Shown in pieces: positions 20,485-35,400 of a stretch of 64,000 nucleotides of DNA. Within the stretch, counting starts at the first letter, position 1. Each line of letters opens with the position of its first letter. The DNA is taken from assembly GCA_032718475.1 (NCBI GenBank), contig JAUCBJ010002983.1, positions 32,594 through 96,593 of the forward strand. The letters run 5' to 3'. The translations under genes were made by a program, and so were the position numbers. The stretch comes from Nemertoderma westbladi. Lineage: Eukaryota; Animalia; Xenacoelomorpha. Below the pieces are notes generated by a model. That model ran no database searches. It saw only the letters and a list, made by a program, of their open reading frames with translations, and was not told where the DNA came from.

Positions 20485-23400
20485 CAGGCCCCCTGGTACT
20501 AGACTCCCACAGCACCCGGTACTAAACTGTCTCATAGCACCCGGTACTAGACTGTCCCTTTGCAACCGGTATTAGACTGTCCCATAGAACCCGGTACTAG
20601 ACTGTCCCATAGCACCCGGTACTAGATTGTCCCGTAGCACCCGGTACTAGACTGTCCCATAGCACCCGGTACTAGATTGTCCCGTAGCACCCGGTACTAG
20701 ACTGTCCCATAGCACCCGGTACTAGACTGTCCCATAGCACCCGGTACTAGACTGTCCCATATCACCCGGTACTAGACTGTCCCATAGCACCCGGTACTAG
20801 ACTGTCCCATAGCACCCGGTACTAGACTGTCCCGTAGCACCCGGTACTAGACTGTCCCTTTGCAACCGGTATTAGACTGTCCCATTGCACCCGGTACTAG
20901 ACTGTCCCATAGCACCCGGTACTAGACTGTCCCACAGAACCCGGCACTAGGCTGTCCCATTGCACCCGGTACTAGACTGTCCCATAGCACCCGGTACTAG
21001 ACTGTCCCATAGAACCCGGTACTAGACTGTCCCATAGCACCCGGTACTAGCTTGTCCCGTAGCACCCGGTACTAGACTGTCCCATATCACCCGGTACTAG
21101 ACTGTCCCGTAGCACCCGGTACTGGACTGTACCATATCAACCGGTACTAGACTGTCCCGTAGCACCCGGTACTAGACTGTCCCATAGCACCCGGTACTAG
21201 ATTGTCCCGTAGCACCCGGTACTAGACTGTCCCATAGCACCCGGTACTAGATTGTCCCGTAGCACCCGGTACTAGACTGTCCCATAGCACCCGGTACTAG
21301 ACTGTCCCATAGCACCCGGTACTAGACTGTCCCATAGCACCCGGTACTAGACTGTCCCATATCACCCGGTACTAGACTGTCCCATAGCACTCCGTACTAG
21401 ACTGTCCCATAGAACCCGGTACTAGACTGTCCCATATCAACCGGTACTAGACTGTCCCTTTGCAACCGGTATTAGACTGTCCCATAGCACGCGGTACTAG
21501 ACTGTCCCATAGCACCCGGTTCAAGACTGTCCCATAGCACCCGGTACTAGACTGTCCCACAGAACCCGGCACTAGGCTGTCCCATTGCACCCGGTACTAG
21601 ACTGTCCCATAGCACCCGGTACTAGACTGTCCCATAGAACCCGGTACTAGACTGTCCCATAGCACCCGGTACTAGCTTGTCCCGTAGCACCCGGTACTAG
21701 ACTGTCCCATATCACCCGGTACTAGACTGTCCCGTAGCACCCGGTACTAGACTGTCCCATAGCACCCGGTACTAGACTGTCCCACAGAACCCGGCACTAG
21801 GCTGTCCCATTGCACCCGGTACTAGACTGTCCCATAGCACCCGGTACTGGACTGTACCATATCAACCGGTACTAGACTGTCCCGTAGCACCCGGTACTAG
21901 ACTGTCCCATATCACCCGGTACTAGACTGTCCCGTAGCACCCGGTACTGGACTGTACCATATCAACCGGTACTAGACTGTCCCGTAGCACCCGGTACTAG
22001 ACTGTCCCATATCACCCGGTACTAGACTGTCCCGTAGCACCCGGTACTGGACTGTACCATATCAACCGGTACTAGACTGTCCCGTAGCACCCGGTACTAG
22101 ACTGTCCCATATCACCCGGTACTAGACTGTCCCGTAGCACCCGGTACTGGACTGTACCATATCAACCGGTACTAGACTGTCCCGTAGCACCCGGTACTAG
22201 ACTGTCCCATAGCACCCGGTACTAGACTGTCCCATATCACCCGGTACTAGACTGTCCCGTAGCACCCGGTACTGGACTGTACCATATCAACCGGTACTAG
22301 ACTGTCCCGTAGCACCCGGTACTAGACTGTCCCATATCACCCGGTACTAGACTGTCCCGTAGCACCCGGTACTGGACTGTACCATATCAACCGGTACTAG
22401 ACTGTCCCGTAGCACCCGGTACTAGACTGTCCCATATCACCCGGTACTAGACTGTCCCGTAGCACCCGGTACTGGACTGTACCATATCAACCGGTACTAG
22501 ACTGTCCCGTAGCACCCGGTACTAGACTGTCCCATAGCACCCGGTACTAGACTGTCCCATATCACCCGGTACTAGACTGTCCCGTAGCACCCGGTACTGG
22601 ACTGTACCATATCAACCGGTACTAGACTGTCCCGTAGCACCCGGTACTAGACTGTCCCATATCACCCGGTACTAGACTGTCCCGTAGCACCCGGTACTGG
22701 ACTGTACCATATCAACCGGTACTAGACTGTCCCGTAGCACCCGGTACTAGACTGTCCCATATCACCCGGTACTAGACTGTCCCATATCACCCGGTACTAG
22801 ACTGTCCCGTAGCACCCGGTACTGGACTGTACCATATCAACCGGTACTAGACTGTCCCGTAGCACCCGGTACTAGACTGTCCCATATCACCCGGTACTAG
22901 ACTGTCCCGTAGCACCCGGTACTGGACTGTACCATATCAACCGGTACTAGACTGTCCCGTAGCACCCGGTACTAGACTGTCCCATATCACCCGGTTCTAG
23001 ACTGTCCCATAGCACCCGGTACTAGACTGTCCCATAGCACCCGGTTCTAGACTGCCCCATAGTATACACGGTTCTAGACTGTCCCATAGCACCCGGTACT
23101 AGACTGTCCCATAGCACCCGGTACTAGACTGTCCCATATCACCCGGTTCTAGACTGCCCCATAGTATACACGGTTCTAGACTGTCCCATAGCACCCGGTA
23201 CTAGACTGTCCCATAGCACCCGGTTCTAGACTGCCCCATAGTATACACGGTTCTAGACTGTCCCATAGCACCCGGTACTAGACTGTCCCATAGCACCCGG
23301 TACTAGACTGTCCCATAGCACCCGGTTCTAGACTGCCCCATAGTATACACGGTTCTAGACTGTCCCATAGCACCCGGTACTAGACTGTCCCATAGCACCC

Positions 23401-26400
23401 GGTACTAGACTGTCCCATAGCACCCGGTACTAGACTGTCCCATAGCACCCGGTACTAGACTGTCCCATATCACCCGGTTCTAGACTGCCCCATAGTATAC
23501 ACGGTTCTAGACTGTCCCATAGCACCCGGTACTAGACTGTCCCATAGCACCCGGTTCTAGACTGCCCCATAGTATACACGGTTCTAGACTGTCCCATAGC
23601 ACCCGGTACTAGACTGTCCCATAGCACCCGGTACTAGACTGTCCCATAGCACCCGGTACTAGACTGTCCCATAGCACCCGGTACTAGACTGTCCCATATC
23701 ACCCGGTTCTAGACTGCCCCATAGTATACACGGTTCTAGACTGCCCCATAGCACCCGGTACTAGACTGTCCCATAGCACCCGGTACTAGACTGTCCCATA
23801 GCACCCGGTACTAGACTGTCCCATAGCACCCGGTTCTAGACTGCCCCATAGTATACACGGTTCTAGACTGTCCCATAGCACCCGGTACTAGACTGTCCCA
23901 TAGCACCCGGTACTAGACTGTCCCATAGCACCCGGTACTAGACTGTCCCATAGCACCCGGTACTAGACTGTCCCATATCACCCGGTTCTAGACTGCCCCA
24001 TAGTATACACGGTTCTAGACTGTCCCATAGCACCCGGTACTAGACTGTCCCATAGCACCCGGTTCTAGACTGCCCCATAGTATACACGGTTCTAGACTGT
24101 CCCATAGCACCCGGTACTAGACTGTCCCATAGCACCCGGTACTAGACTGTCCCATAGCACCCGGTTCTAGACTGCCCCATAGTATACACGGTACTAGACT
24201 GTCCCATAGCACCCGGTACTAGACTGTCCCATAGCACCCGGTACTAGACTGTCCCATAGCACCCGGTTCTAGACTGTCCCATAGCACCCGGTACTAGACT
24301 GTCCCATAGCACCCGGTTCTAGACTGTCCCATAGCACCCGGTACTAGACTGTCCCATAGCACCCGGTTCTAGACTGTCCCATAGCACCCGGTACTAGACT
24401 GTCCCATAGCACCCGGTACTAGACTGTCCCATAGCACCCGGTTCTAGACTGCCCCATAGTATACACGGTTCTAGACTGTCCCATAGCACCCGGTACTAGA
24501 CTGTCCCATAGCACCCGGTACTAGACTGTCCCATAGCACCCGGTTCTAGACTGCCCCATAGTATACACGGTACTAGACTGTCCCATAGCACCCGGTACTA
24601 GACTGTCCCATAGCACCCGGTACTAGACTGTCCCATAGCACCCGGTTCTAGACTGCCCCATAGTATACACGGTACTAGACTGTCCCATAGCACCCGGTAC
24701 TAGACTGTCCCATAGCACCCGGTTCTAGACTGTCCCATAGCACCCGGTACTAGACTGTCCCATAGCACCCGGTACTAGACTGTCCCATAGCACCCGGTAC
24801 TAGACTGTCCCGTAGCACCCGGTACTAGACTGTCCCATAGCACCCGGTTCTAGACTGTCCCATAGCACCCGGTACTAGACTGTCCCATAGCACCCGGTAC
24901 TAGACTGTCCCGTAGCACCCGGTACTAGACTGTCCCATATCACCCGGTACTAGACTGTCCCATAGCACCCGGTTCTAGACTGCCCCATAGTATACACGGT
25001 ACTAGACTGTCCCATAGCACCCGGTACTAGACTGTCCCGTAGCACCCGGTTCTAGACTGTCCCATAGCACCCGGTACTAGACTGTCCCATAGCACCCGGT
25101 ACTAGACTGTCCCGTAGCACCCGGTACTAGACTGTCCCATATCACCCGGTACTAGACTGTCCCATAGCACCCGGTTCTAGACTGTCCCATAGTATACACG
25201 GTACTAGACTGTCCCATAGCACCCGGTACTAGACTGTCCCGTAGCACCCGGTTCTAGACTGTCCCATAGCACCCGGTACTAGACTGTCCCATAGCACCCG
25301 GTACTAGACTGTCCCATATCACCCGGTACTAGACTGTCCCATAGCACCCGGTTCTAGACTGTCCCATATCACCCGGTACTAGACTGTCCCATAGCACCCG
25401 GTTCTAGACTGTCCCATAGCACCCGGTACTAGACTGTCCCATAGCACCCGGTACTAGACTGTCCCATATCACCCGGTACTAGACTGTCCCATAGTCACCC
25501 GGTACTAGACTGTCCCGTAGCACCCGGTACTAGACTGTCCCATATCACCCGGTACTAGACTGTCCCGTAGCACCCGGTTCTAGACTGTCCCATAGCACCC
25601 GGTACTAGACTGTCCCATAGCACCCGGTACTAGACTGTCCCATAGTCACCCGGTACTAGACTGTCCCATAGCACCCGGTACTAGACTGTCCCGTAGCACC
25701 CGGTTCTAGACTGCCCCATAGTATACACGGTACTAGACTGTCCCATAGCACCCGGTACTAGACTGTCCCATAGCACCCGGTACTAGACTGTCCCATAGCA
25801 CCCGGTACTAGACTGTCCCATAGCACCCGGTACTAGACTGTCCCGTAGCACCCGCTACTAGACTGTCCCATATCACCCGGTACTAGACTGTCCCATAGCA
25901 CCCGGTTCTAGACTGCCCCATAGTATACACGGTACTAGACTGTCCCATAGCACCCGGTACTAGACTGTCCCATAGCACCCGGTTCTAGACTGTCCCATAG
26001 CACCCGGTACTAGACTGTCCCATAGCACCCGGTACTAGACTGTCCCATAGCACCCGGTACTAGACTGTCCCATAGCACCCGGTACTAGACTGTCCCGTAG
26101 CACCCGGTTCTAGACTGTCCCATAGTATACACGGTACTAGACTGTCCCATAGCACCCGGTACTAGACTGTCCCGTAGCACCCGGTTCTAGACTGTCCCAT
26201 AGCACCCGGTACTAGACTGTCCCATAGCACCCGGTACTAGACTGTCCCATAGCACCCGGTACTAGACTGTCCCATAGCACCCGGTTCTAGACTGTCCCAT
26301 AGTATACACGGTACTAGACTGTCCCATAGCACCCGGTACTAGACTGTCCCATAGCACCCGGTTCTAGACTGTCCCATAGCACCCGGTACTAGACTGTCCC

Positions 26401-29400
26401 ATAGCACCCGGTACTAGACTGTCCCATAGCACCCGGTACTAGACTGTCCCGTAGCACCCGGTACTAGACTGTCCCATAGCACCCGGTTCTAGACTGTCCC
26501 ATAGCACCCGGTACTAGACTGTCCCATAGCACCCGGTACTAGACTGTCCCGTAGCACCCGGTACTAGACTGTCCCATATCACCCGGTACTAGACTGTCCC
26601 GTAGCACCCGGTTCTAGACTGTCCCATAGTATACACGGTACTAGACTGTCCCATAGCACCCGGTACTAGACTGTCCCGTAGCACCCGGTACTAGACTGTC
26701 CCATAGCACCCGGTACTAGACTGTCCCATAGCACCCGGTACTAGACTGTCCCGTAGCACCCGGTACTAGACTGTCCCATATCACCCGGTACTAGACTGTC
26801 CCATAGCACCCGGTTCTAGACTGTCCCATAGTATACACGGTACTAGACTGTCCCATAGCACCCGGTACTAGACTGTCCCATAGCACCCGGTACTAGACTG
26901 TCCCATAGCACCCGGTACTAGACTGTCCCATAGCACCCGGTACTAGACTGTCCCATAGTCACCCGGTACTAGACTGTCCCGTAGCACCCGGTACTAGACT
27001 GTCCCATATCACCCGGTACTAGACTGTCCCTAGCACCCGGTTCTAGACTGTCCCATAGCACCCGGTACTAGACTGTCCCATAGCACCCGGTACTAGACTG
27101 TCCCATAGCACCCGGTACTAGACTGTCCCATAGTCACCCGGTACTAGACTGTCCCGTAGCACCCGGTACTAGACTGTCCCATATCACCCGGTACTAGACT
27201 GTCCCATAGCACCCGGTACTAGACTGTCCCATAGCACCCGGTACTAGACTGTCCCATAGCACCCGGTACTAGACTGTCCCATAGTCACCCGCTACTAGAC
27301 TGTCCCATAGCACCCGGTACTAGACTGTCCCATAGCACCCGGTTCTAGACTGTCCCATAGTATACACGGTACTAGACTGTCCCATAGCACCCGGTACTAG
27401 ACTGTCCCATAGCACCCGGTTCTAGACTGTCCCATAGCACCCGGTACTAGACTGTCCCATAGCACCCGGTACTAGACTGTCCCGTAGCACCCGGTACTAG
27501 ACTGTCCCATATCACCCGGTACTAGACTGTCCCATAGCACCCGGTTCTAGACTGTCCCATAGTAACCGGTACTAGACTGTCCCATAGCACCCGGTACTAG
27601 ACTGTCCCGTAGCACCCGGTTCTAGACTGTCCCATAGCACCCGGTACTAGACTGTCCCATAGCACCCGGTACTAGACTGTCCCATAGCACCCGGTACTAG
27701 ACTGTCCCATAGCACCCGGTACTAGACTGTCCCGTAGCACCCGGTTCTAGACTGTCCCATAGTATACACGGTACTAGACTGTCCCATAGCACCCGGTACT
27801 AGACTGTCCCGTAGCACCCGGTACTAGACTGTCCCATAGCACCCGGTACTAGACTGTCCCATAGCACCCGGTACTAGACTGTCCCGTAGCACCCGGTACT
27901 AGACTGTCCCATAGCACCCGGTACTAGACTGTCCCATAGCACCCGGTTCTAGACTGTCCCATAGTATACACGGTACTAGACTGTCCCATAGCACCCGGTA
28001 CTAGACTGTCCCATAGCACCCGGTACTAGACTGTCCCATAGCACCCGGTTCTAGACTGTCCCATAGTATACACGGTACTAGACTGTCCCATAGCACCCGG
28101 TACTAGACTGTCCCATAGCACCCGGTACTAGACTGTCCCATAGCACCCGGTACTAGACTGTCCCATAGCACCCGGTACTAGACTGTCCCATAGCACCCGG
28201 TACTAGACTGTCCCATAGCACCCGGTACTAGACTGTCCCATAGCACCCGGTACTAGACTGTCCCATAGCACCCGGTACTAGACTGTCCCATAGCACCCGG
28301 TACTAGACTGTCCCATAGCACCCGGTACTAGACTGTCCCATAGCACCCGGTACTAGACTGTCCCGTAGCACCCGGTACTAGACTGTCCCATAGCACCCGG
28401 TACTAGACTGTCCCTAGCACCCGGTACTAGACTGTCCCATAGCACCCGGTACTAGACTGTCCCATAGCACCCGGTACTAGACTGCCCATAGCACCGGTAC
28501 TAGACTGTCCCATAGCACCCGGTACTAGACTGTCCCATAGCACCCGGTACTAGACTGTCCCATAGTATACACGGTACTAGACTGTCCCATAGCACCCGGT
28601 ACTAGACTGTCCCATAGCACCCGGTACTAGACTGTCCCATAGCACCCGGTACTAGACTGTCCCATAGCACCCGGTACTAGACTGTCCCATAGCACCCGGT
28701 ACTAGACTGTCCCATAGTCACCCGGTACTAGACTGTCCCATAGTCACCCGGTACTAGACTGTCCCATAGCACCCGGTACTAGACTGTCCCATAGCACCCG
28801 GTACTAGACTGTCCCATAGCACCCGGTACTAGACTGTCCCATAGCACCCGGTACTAGACTGTCCCATAGCACCCGGTACTAGACTGTCCCATAGTATACA
28901 CGGTACTAGACTGTCCCATAGCACCCGGTACTAGACTGTCCCATAGCACCCGGTACTAGACTGTCCCATAGCACCCGGTACTAGACTGTCCCATAGCACC
29001 CGGTACTAGACTGTCCCATAGCACCCGGTTCTAGACTGTCCCATAGTATACACGGTACTAGACTGTCCCATAGCACCCGGTTCTAGACTGTCCCATAGCA
29101 CCCGGTACTAGACTGTCCCATAGCACCCGGTACTAGACTGTCCCATAGCACCCGGTACTAGACTGTCCCATAGCACCCGGTACTAGACTGTCCCATAGCA
29201 CCCGGTACTAGACTGTCCCATAGCACCCGGTACTAGACTGTCCCATAGCACCCGGTACTAGACTGTCCCATAGCACCCGGTTCTAGACTGTCCCATAGTA
29301 TACACGGTACTAGACTGTCCCATAGCACCCGGTACTAGACTGTCCCATAGCACCCGGTACTAGACTGTCCCATAGTAACACGGTACTAGACTGTCCCATA

Positions 29401-32400
29401 GCACCCGGTACTAGACTGTCCCATAGCACCCGGTACTAGACTGTCCCATAGTATACACGGTACTAGACTGTCCCATAGCACCCGGTACTAGACTGTCCCA
29501 TAGTATACACGGTACTAGACTGTCCCATAGTATACCCGGTACTAGACTGTCCCATAGCACCCGGTTCTAGACTGTCCCATAGCACCCGGTACTAGACTGT
29601 CCCATAGCACCCGGTACTAGACTGTCCCATAGCACCCGGTACTAGACTGTCCCATAGCACCCGGTTCTAGACTGTCCCATAGTAACCCGGTACTAGACTG
29701 TCCCATAGCACCCGGTACTAGACTGTCCCATATCACCCGGTACTAGACTGTCCCATAGCACCCGGTTCTAGACTGTCCCATAGTAACACGGTACTAGACT
29801 GTCCCATAGCACCCGGTTCTAGACTGTCCCATAGTATACACGGTACTAGACTGTCCCATAGCACCCGGTACTAGACTGTCCCATAGTAACCCGGTACTAG
29901 ACTGTCCCATAGCACCCGGTACTAGACTGTCCCATAGCACCCGGTTCTAGACTGTCCCATAGTATACACGGTACTAGACTGTCCCATAGCACCCGGTACT
30001 AGACTGTCCCATAGCACCCGGTACTAGACTGTCCCATAGCACCCGGTTCTAGACTGTCCCATAGTATACACGGTACTAGACTGTCCCATAGCACCCGGTA
30101 CTAGACTGTCCCATAGCACCCGGTTCTAGACTGTCCCATAGTATACACGGTACTAGACTGTCCCATAGCACCCGGTTCTAGACTGTCCCATAGTATACAC
30201 GGTACTAGACTGTCCCATAGCACCCGGTACTAGACTGTCCCATAGCACCCGGTACTAGACTGTCCCATAGCACCCGGTACTAGACTGTCCCATAGCACCC
30301 GGTACTAGACTGTCCCATAGCACCCGGTACTAGACTGTCCCATAGCACCCGGTACTAGACTGTCCCATAGCACCCGGTACTAGACTGTCCCATAGCACCC
30401 GGTACTAGACTGTCCCATAGTATACACGGTACTAGACTGTCCCATAGCACCCGGTACTAGACTGTCCCATAGTATACACGGTACTAGACTGTCCCATAGC
30501 ACCCGGTACTAGACTGTCCCATAGCACCCGGTACTAGACTGTCCCATAGCACCCGGTACTAGACTGTCCCATAGCACCCGGTACTAGACTGTCCCATAGC
30601 ACCCGGTACTAGACTGTCCCATAGCACCCGGTACTAGACTGTCCCATAGCACCCGGTACTAGACTGTCCCATAGCACCCGGTACTAGACTGTCCCATAGC
30701 ACCCGGTACTAGACTGTCCCATAGCACCCGGTACTAGACTGTCCCATAGTATACACGGTACTAGACTGTCCCATAGCACCCGGTACTAGACTGTCCCATA
30801 GCACCCGGTACTAGACTGTCCCATAGCACCCGGTACTAGACTGTCCCATAGCACCCGGTTCTAGACTGTCCCATAGCACCCGGTACTAGACTGTCCCATA
30901 GCACCCGGTACTAGACTGTCCCATAGCACCCGGTACTAGACTGTCCCATAGCACCCGGTACTAGACTGTCCCATAGCACCCGGTACTAGACTGTCCCATA
31001 GCACCCGGTACTAGACTGTCCCATAGCACCCGGTACTAGACTGTCCCATAGCACCCGGTACTAGACTGTCCCATAGCACCCGGTTCTAGACTGTCCCATA
31101 GTATACACGGTACTAGACTGTCCCATAGCACCCGGTACTAGACTGTCCCATAGCACCCGGTACTAGACTGTCCCATAGCACCCGGTTCTAGACTGTCCCA
31201 TAGTATACACGGTACTAGACTGTCCCATAGCACCCGGTACTAGACTGTCCCATAGCACCCGGTACTAGACTGTCCCATAGCACCCGGTTCTAGACTGTCC
31301 CATAGACCGGTACTAGACTGTCCCTAGCACCCGGTACTAGACTGTCCCATAGCACCCGGTTCTAGACTGTCCCATAGTATACACGGTACTAGACTGTCCC
31401 ATAGCACCCGGTACTAGACTGTCCCATAGCACCCGGTACTAGACTGTCCCATAGCACCCGGTACTAGACTGTCCCATAGCACCCGGTACTAGACTGTCCC
31501 ATAGCACCCGGTACTAGACTGTCCCATAGTCACCCGGTACTAGACTGTCCCATAGCACCCGGTACTAGACTGTCCCATAGCACCCGGTTCTAGACTGTCC
31601 CATAGTATACCCGGTACTAGACTGTCCCATAGCACCCGGTACTAGACTGTCCCATAGCACCCGGTACTAGACTGTCCCATAGCACCCGGTACTAGACTGT
31701 CCCATAGCACCCGGTACTAGACTGTCCCATAGTATACACGGTACTAGACTGTCCCATAGCACCCGGTTCTAGACTGTCCCATAGTATACACGGTACTAGA
31801 CTGTCCCATAGCACCCGGTACTAGACTGTCCCATAGCACCCGGTTCTAGACTGTCCCATAGTATACACGGTACTAGACTGTCCCATAGCACCCGGTACTA
31901 GACTGTCCCATAGCACCCGGTACTAGACTGTCCCATAGCACCCGGTACTAGACTGTCCCATAGAACCCGGTACTAGACTGTCCCATAGCACCCGGTACTA
32001 GACTGTCCCATAGCACCCGGTTCTAGACTGTCCCATAGTATACACGGTACTAGACTGTCCCATAGCACCCGGTTCTAGACTGTCCCATAGTATACACGGT
32101 ACTAGACTGTCCCATAGCACCCGGTACTAGACTGTCCCATAGTATACACGGTACTAGACTGTCCCATAGCACCCGGTACTAGACTGTCCCATAGCACCCG
32201 GTTCTAGACTGTCCCATAGTATACACGGTACTAGACTGTCCCATATCACCCGGTACTAGACTGTCCCATAGTCACCCGGTACTAGACTGTCCCATAGCAC
32301 CCGGTACTAGACTGTCCCATATCACCCGGTACTAGACTGTCCCATAGTATACACGGTACTAGACTGTCCCATAGCACCCGGTACTAGACTGTCCCATAGC

Positions 32401-35400
32401 ACCCGGTACTAGACTGTCCCATAGCACCCGGTACTAGACTGTCCCATAGCACCCGGTACTAGACTGTCCCATATCACCCGGTACTAGACTGTCCCATAGT
32501 ATACACGGTACTAGACTGTCCCATAGCACCCGGTACTAGACTGTCCCATAGCACCCGGTACTAGACTGTCCCATAGCACCCGGTACTAGACTGTCCCATA
32601 GTATACACGGTACTAGACTGTCCCATAGCACCCGGTACTAGACTGTCCCATAGCACCCGGTTCTAGACTGTCCCATAGTATACACGGTACTAGACTGTCC
32701 CATAGCACCCGGTTCTAGACTGTCCCATAGCACCCGGTACTAGACTGTCCCATAGCACCCGGTACTAGACTGTCCCATAGCACCCGGTACTAGACTGTCC
32801 CATAGTATACACGGTACTAGACTGTCCCATATCACCCGGTTCTAGACTGTCCCATAGTATACACGGTACTAGACTGTCCCATAGCACCCGGTACTAGACT
32901 GTCCCATAGCACCCGGTTCTAGACTGTCCCATAGTATACACGGTACTAGACTGTCCCATAGCACCCGGTACTAGACTGTCCCATAGCACCCGGTACTAGA
33001 CTGTCCCATAGCACCCGGTTCTAGACTGTCCCATAGTATACACGGTACTAGACTGTCCCATAGCACCCGGTACTAGACTGTCCCATAGCACCCGGTACTA
33101 GACTGTCCCATAGTATACACGGTACTAGACTGTCCCATAGCACCCGGTTCTAGACTGTCCCATAGTATACACGGTACTAGACTGTCCCATAGCACCCGGT
33201 TCTAGACTGTCCCATAGTATACACGGTACTAGACTGTCCCATAGTCACCCGGTACTAGACTGTCCCATAGCACCCGGTACTAGACTGTCCCATAGTATAC
33301 ACGGTACTAGACTGTCCCATAGTCACCCGGTACTAGACTGTCCCATAGCACCCGGTACTAGACTGTCCCATAGCACCCGGTACTAGACTGTCCCATATCA
33401 CCCGGTACTAGACTGTCCCATAGTATACACGGTACTAGACTGTCCCATAGCACCCGGTACTAGACTGTCCCATAGCACCCGGTACTAGACTGTCCCATAG
33501 TATACCCGGTACTAGACTGTCCCATAGCACCCGGTACTAGACTGTCCCATATCACCCGGTACTAGACTGTCCCATAGTATACACGGTACTAGACTGTCCC
33601 ATAGCACCCGGTACTAGACTGTCCCATAGCACCCGGTACTAGACTGTCCCATAGCACCCGGTACTAGACTGTCCCATAGTATACACGGTACTAGACTGTC
33701 CCATAGCACCCGGTACTAGACTGTCCCATAGCACCCGGTTCTAGACTGTCCCATAGTATACCCGGTACTAGACTGTCCCATAGCACCCGGTTCTAGACTG
33801 TCCCATAGCACCCGGTACTAGACTGTCCCATAGCACCCGGTACTAGACTGTCCCATAGCACCCGGTACTAGACTGTCCCATAGTATACACGGTACTAGAC
33901 TGTCCCATAGCACCCGGTTCTAGACTGTCCCATAGTATACACGGTACTAGACTGTCCCATAGCACCCGGTACTAGACTGTCCCATAGCACCCGGTTCTAG
34001 ACTGTCCCATAGTATACACGGTACTAGACTGTCCCATAGCACCCGGTACTAGACTGTCCCATAGCACCCGGTACTAGACTGTCCCATAGCACCCGGTTCT
34101 AGACTGTCCCATAGTATACACGGTACTAGACTGTCCCATAGCACCCGGTTCTAGACTGTCCCATAGCACCCGGTTCTAGACTGTCCCATAGTATACACGG
34201 TACTAGACTGTCCCATAGCACCCGGTTCTAGACTGTCCCATAGTATACACGGTACTAGACTGTCCCATAGCACCCGGTTCTAGACTGTCCCATAGTATAC
34301 ACGGTACTAGACTGTCCCATAGCACCCGGTACTAGACTGTCCCATAGCACCCGGTACTAGACTGTCCCATAGTATACACGGTACTAGACTGTCCCATAGC
34401 ACCCGGTACTAGACTGTCCCATAGCACCCGGTACTAGACTGTCCCATAGCACCCGGTACTAGACTGTCCCATATCACCCGGTACTAGACTGTCCCATAGT
34501 ATACACGGTACTAGACTGTCCCATAGCACCCGGTACTAGACTGTCCCATATCACCCGGTACTAGACTGTCCCATAGTATACCCGGTACTAGACTGTCCCA
34601 TAGCACCCGGTACTAGACTGTCCCATATCACCCGGTACTAGACTGTCCCATAGTATACACGGTACTAGACTGTCCCATAGCACCCGGTACTAGACTGTCC
34701 CATAGCACCCGGTACTAGACTGTCCCATAGCACCCGGTACTAGACTGTCCCATAGCACCCGGTACTAGACTGTCCCATAGCACCCGGTACTAGACTGTCC
34801 CATAGTATACACGGTACTAGACTGTCCCATAGCACCCGGTACTAGACTGTCCCATAGTATACACGGTACTAGACTGTCCCATAGCACCCGGTACTAGACT
34901 GTCCCATAGCACCCGGTACTAGACTGTCCCATAGTATACACGGTACTAGACTGTCCCATAGCACCCGGTACTAGACTGTCCCATAGCACCCGGTACTAGA
35001 CTGTCCCATAGCACCCGGTACTAGACTGTCCCATAGCACCCGGTACTAGACTGTCCCATAGCACCCGGTACTAGACTGTCCCATAGCACCCGGTACTAGA
35101 CTGTCCCATAGTATACACGGTACTAGACTGTCCCATAGCACCCGGTACTAGACTGTCCCATAGCACCCGGTTCTAGACTGTCCCATAGCACCCGGTACTA
35201 GACTGTCCCATAGCACCCGGTACTAGACTGTCCCATAGCACCCGGTACTAGACTGTCCCATAGCACCCGGTACTAGACTGTCCCATAGCACCCGGTTCTA
35301 GACTGTCCCATAGCACCCGGTACTAGACTGTCCCATAGCACCCGGTACTAGACTGTCCCATAGCACCCGGTACTAGACTGTCCCATAGTATACACGGTAC

